64,000 bases of DNA, from the NCBI RefSeq assembly GCF_009914755.1, contig NC_060934.1. The stretch is one strand, 5' to 3'. This document shows positions 59,472 through 64,000 of this stretch, piece by piece (within the stretch, counting starts at the first letter, position 1; each line of letters opens with the position of its first letter). Source of the stretch: the human T2T-CHM13v2.0 reference genome, Homo sapiens. A program made the translations under genes and the position numbers. The notes beneath the pieces were generated by a model. The model made no database searches, had not been told where the DNA came from, and saw only the letters and a list, made by a program, of their open reading frames with translations.

Positions 59472-59879
<408 letters not shown>

Positions 59880-60159
59880 TAATGTCTACCAAGTGCTTAG
59901 CACTACTCTATGCTTACTGTATAGATTAAGTCCTTTTTTTTTTTTTTTTGCTTTCCTGCTGTTTTCCCTTCTTCTTGCCTTGTGTAATAGCTTTGCACAC
60001 AGTAACCCCATGCATGAGACTTCTTTTCATGAAGGGGATCATGTCATAATTATTCCAACTTCTAATGATCTTTACATTAGTCATGTCCAAATTCCCCATT
60101 GGACTAGAAAAGTTCCATTCTTCTGTTAGCATTTGAGGTTTGTGTGTTATGTCTCCCTA

Positions 60160-60320
60160 GAATGTTAGAGCCAATAAGGGCCTTCAAGTTGGTCCATTTA
60201 TTGTAATCTTTTCATTTTATAGATGAAGAAACAGTGATCACAAAAGTTAAGATGACTCGTTCAAGGTCATTTGGCCAGGTAGTAGCAAAGCACAGATTAA
60301 CATCTATTTCAGTCCTTCTT
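60160..60320 (-). mobile_element. MIR
   Basis: 'cattttatagatgaagaaacagtgatcacaaaagttaagatgactcgttcaaggtca'. Confidence 0.75.
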
Positions 60321-62419
60321 CTAATTTGTTATTCTACATAACAGCTGAAATTGAAGATACCACAATTTTCTCATGGTTGGCTTCCTGCTAAATTTTTAGT
60401 TTAAAAATTTTAGTTGGGTTTTAGTTTAATTCCTTCTCCCACTTCATCTTGGCTCTAGACTATGCACTTAAGTCTTTAAATCAGAGGATAATGGAACAGG
60501 CATGATTATGGATTATTTCAGGAAGGAGCAAGAACAAAGTAATTCCATGGAAGCCAAAAATCTTTAAAAAGCTTTGCAGAGTTCAGTAAGGAAATACAGG
60601 CACTATCTCAGACCACCCATATGGCCCAACATCCAGGAACACCCAGCAGGAGGCCAACAGCATGACCCAGAAAGGAGGCCAATGAAAGTACACAGTAGGA
60701 AATGAAGCTGGACCACCTGCATCATCAATAACCAATGTTCACTCAAACAATTGTAGCATTGTTTGAACATTGAGAGAAGAAGAAAAAGTAAGGAAAATTC
60801 TACAATTGTAGTTGATTCCAAGAAAAGCACGCTATGGTTTCTGATGTCTGCAACAAGTAGCCAGGTGTGAAAATGCAGAGCTATTCAGTTAGGAGGTTAG
60901 CATTAGGACCAGACGATATCAGGAGGGATTGGTAGGGTGGACCTGATGACTTCTACATGTGTGACTTGAATAAAGAGCAAGACTATTTTCAAATGTAAGA
61001 TTTGTACAGAAACCATATCTGTACCATGCACTGAGGTGGCCAAGACAGTGCCAGAGGATGGACCACAGTCTCCCTAATCTAACTGCAAAGACACACTCAT
61101 GATACTGACCACCAGAAGCAGTGAAACATCACTGCCAGGTGAGACAGCAAGAGCTGCTAGCAAACAGGCAGCAAGAGCAGGAGGAATCCTACTGAGCCCC
61201 TGCCCCCGCCGCCACCCCGGGATGGGAGTGAAGGACTTTAAAGGTAATATCCTGAATCTCTCTCCCTCCCTAATCACCTCCTCTTGGGCCGATGTGTCTT
61301 AATATTGGTAGTGGTTCAGTTTGGGCCATTACAGTATCAGCTGCTACTGACCTCTTCATTCCTACACAGGACTTACAGAAAAGTTGGGAGGCTGAACTCC
61401 TGCATCTGTGCTGCCTTCTTGTGTCCCCAACACCAGCCAAGGCTGTGTGGGAAGCTCCTCACCAACTCAACCTTAACATAACACGATGATGATGGTGTCA
61501 TGGTCCTGCTTGGACACTTTTCATGCCCCATGTCTTCCTCTCAGGGCCCTTAATACTATTGACTCCCATTTCTCCAAATCTTCATGGCTCCTTTCCCTAA
61601 CAAGGCTTCTGAAGAGTCTCCTTTCTTCCAAAATTACTAGTGTATTAGTGTGTCTTAGTGACTTTGAAACCACCAGGCTTCCTGTTCACCAGTAAAAGGA
61701 ACTGGTACCTTTGGATGATACGGTTTCTGGATAATGGCTAATTTGTGCTTATCCATGGAACACCACTGAGTGTCTTCACCCTCCTTATCCACATTTAACT
61801 GGACCTAAATATCCCAGTGAGCTATCCACTATATAAGAAAAATTTAAAAAAGATATTCTAAGAGCCTTTTAATTTTCCCAAGACATATGCTACCATTGTT
61901 ATCCTTAAGTATTATTGTAAACATTATTTAACAATGCACCAGCTGCTGTGAAGAAACAAAGAGAAACAAAGATGTCTTTACTTCTCAGTGGGTTAACAAT
62001 TTCAATGAGAAAAAAAAAACTTATGTAAATATATGGATATATACTATGAAGTCAGGGAAAGCACACAAAATACCCAGGAGATTGAGAATTCATTTGTAAA
62101 GATGTTTTAACAGCATGAAGGGGTGTATATTTCTAATTATGTGTTTAATAAACCCAGGAATCCACCAGAAGATACCTGTGACACCCTTAGAGTATTGCTT
62201 TGATGACTTAAACTGGCAAAGAACTAGTTTCCCATTTGAAAAGGCTTCCTTTAATCCATTTAAACAAGAGATGTTAATTGTTCAAATCACTTTGAACAAC
62301 TACCACCACACTGCGTCCTGTCATTCCCTGGCTATTCCTGGAGGGGTTGCACCCTGCTATAAACAGACCTTTTTCTGAGCATGTGCAGTAAGCTACACTG
62401 CCTTTTTTTCCTACAGAAA

Positions 62420-62930
62420 GGCATAAGTTTCCAGTATGCACCAAACACTAACAGGCTCTGGGGATACAGACAAGCAAAGCAGACCAGGTATCTGTCCTCC
62501 CAGAGTTTACAGTCCAGGGAAGTGGATACCCTTACCTGTGTACCATGAGATTATGTGTTTAATTACACCTTCTCTAGAGGCCACGTCCTGTGAGAGCTCG
62601 CAACAGTGGCCTGACCTAGTCTGGGAGCAAGGTGGTCAGAGAAGCTTTCCCTGAAGATGGGATAATTAAGATGGTATGAGAGGTAAGTGGGGATTAATCA
62701 GGGAAATAGCAGGGGGTGAGAAGCCAGCAGCATACGGGGGGCCCTGAAGCGTAAAGAGGCTGACATTTTCAAGGAAATGGATGTTGGTCAGTGTGGCCAG
62801 AATGCAAGCAAGACTGGCCAGATGTGGGGCCAGAGAGTACAAGGACCCAGTCAGGCAGCATCCTATGGTTCACGTGGACGATTGTGAATTTTATTCCAAG
62901 AGCAAAGGCAAGTCATTGAAAGCAGTTAAA
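62420..62930 (-). mobile_element. L2
   Basis: 'ggctctggggatacag...gagtttacagtccaggg...ggtggtcagagaagctttccctgaaga...ttttattccaagagcaaaggcaagtcattgaaag'. Confidence 0.8.
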
Positions 62931-64000
62931 CAGTTGGCTTTGGGGTCCAGTAACAATAGAAAGCAGAGCAGAGCTCAAATGTTTAAAGCATGCTTACCTT
63001 TGGCTGATATCAACAATTCTTTGAATATCTCTCCTCTTTGTGGGTATCTTTTTGTAAGGGAACCCTAAGAATGCCATGTGTTACTTCCCTTGTCTTTCCA
63101 GCATCTATCTGGAATCTCTACTCTTGACTGCCCTCAGAGGTACAATGGAGATGACACTGGTTCTGTTTGGGCTCTGGAGCCCTCTTGTATGCTGTGGGCC
63201 TGCCCTCTTGTGTTTCCTTCAGAAATCTATTACTTTGTAAGCCAGCATTCAACAGCAGAGCAACACAGGAATGTCAACTAGAGGAGGGGATAGGTTGAGT
63301 CCATGGGAAAAGCACTGGCTAAGTCAAAATGAAGCAGAGAGTTAGGCTATCTTCCTCACCCTCACTCCCCAGTCCTCCCATGACTGATGTTAAAAACTTG
63401 GGTTGTGCAGGCTAACATGGATAGCTATGGAATTTTGAAATGGAGTAAATATCAATTTGAAGTTAGCAACTGGAAAATTGATCAAATCCATACAGATTAA
63501 TGAAGTAAGCATCCTGAGGCACACTTCAGCTTAGAGGGAGCTCAAAATTAGGAAGGAGATTCGCTGTTAATCCTGGGCTGCTGCTGCCTCTTCAGACCCA
63601 CTCTGAGAGCCATTTTCCCCCAACTAGCCCTTTACTATCACAGGTCCTGCCTCCTCCGCCTCCTCCCACCAACCAACAACTGCTCCTACCTGCCCAGTCC
63701 ATCTCCTAACTACTTTCTTCTCCCTTTTTTTATTCTTACTGATTTATTTATAGACGTGAAATTAAATAGAGGAAAATGTATTAAGAAATTGTATACAATA
63801 ATATGATCTCAAGAACATCCTAAGAGTCAGCTCCATCGCATGGTAGAATGAACGCCCAAGAGAATTAAGAAGAGGACAATTACCTAAATTATTTGAGAAT
63901 CAACTGGACAAAGTCTCCAAGGATGTGCTGGCAAAAAGGCCCTAGTCTCAACTGCATTGGAATGAAGAAAATGTACTAATAGAACTTTTATCTCCTCATC

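Overview
This is primate (human or great-ape) non-coding genomic DNA, intronic or intergenic and CpG-poor. I cannot identify the locus. I find no supportable host protein-coding exon, RNA gene or CRISPR array. The longer six-frame ORFs are LINE-1 ORF1/ORF2 remnants, Alu-derived frames or chance ORFs. Much of the window is interspersed repeat: about 16 Alus (J, S, Y), young L1PA 3' ends, a ~5.4 kb L1PB, an internally deleted L1MA, older L1M/HAL1, L2 and MIR, solo LTRs (MLT2A, THE1, MST/MLT1, MER21, ERVL-type) and hAT MITEs (MER58, MER96B-like). Many target-site duplications (TSDs) can be read directly. I see no convincing new biological system. The observations least explained by routine repeat annotation are: (1) an old ~470 bp direct duplication (10.4 kb vs 19.6 kb) with a perfectly identical 48 bp core; (2) a 250 bp inverted copy of part of the neighbouring L1MA, apparently templated locally; (3) a 56 bp, 91%-identical inverted repeat built from degenerate MIR sequence; (4) several template-switch or nested-insertion scars and motif-rich unique segments that may be enhancers. 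Subfamily names come from recalled consensus sequences. Boundaries of old repeats are approximate.
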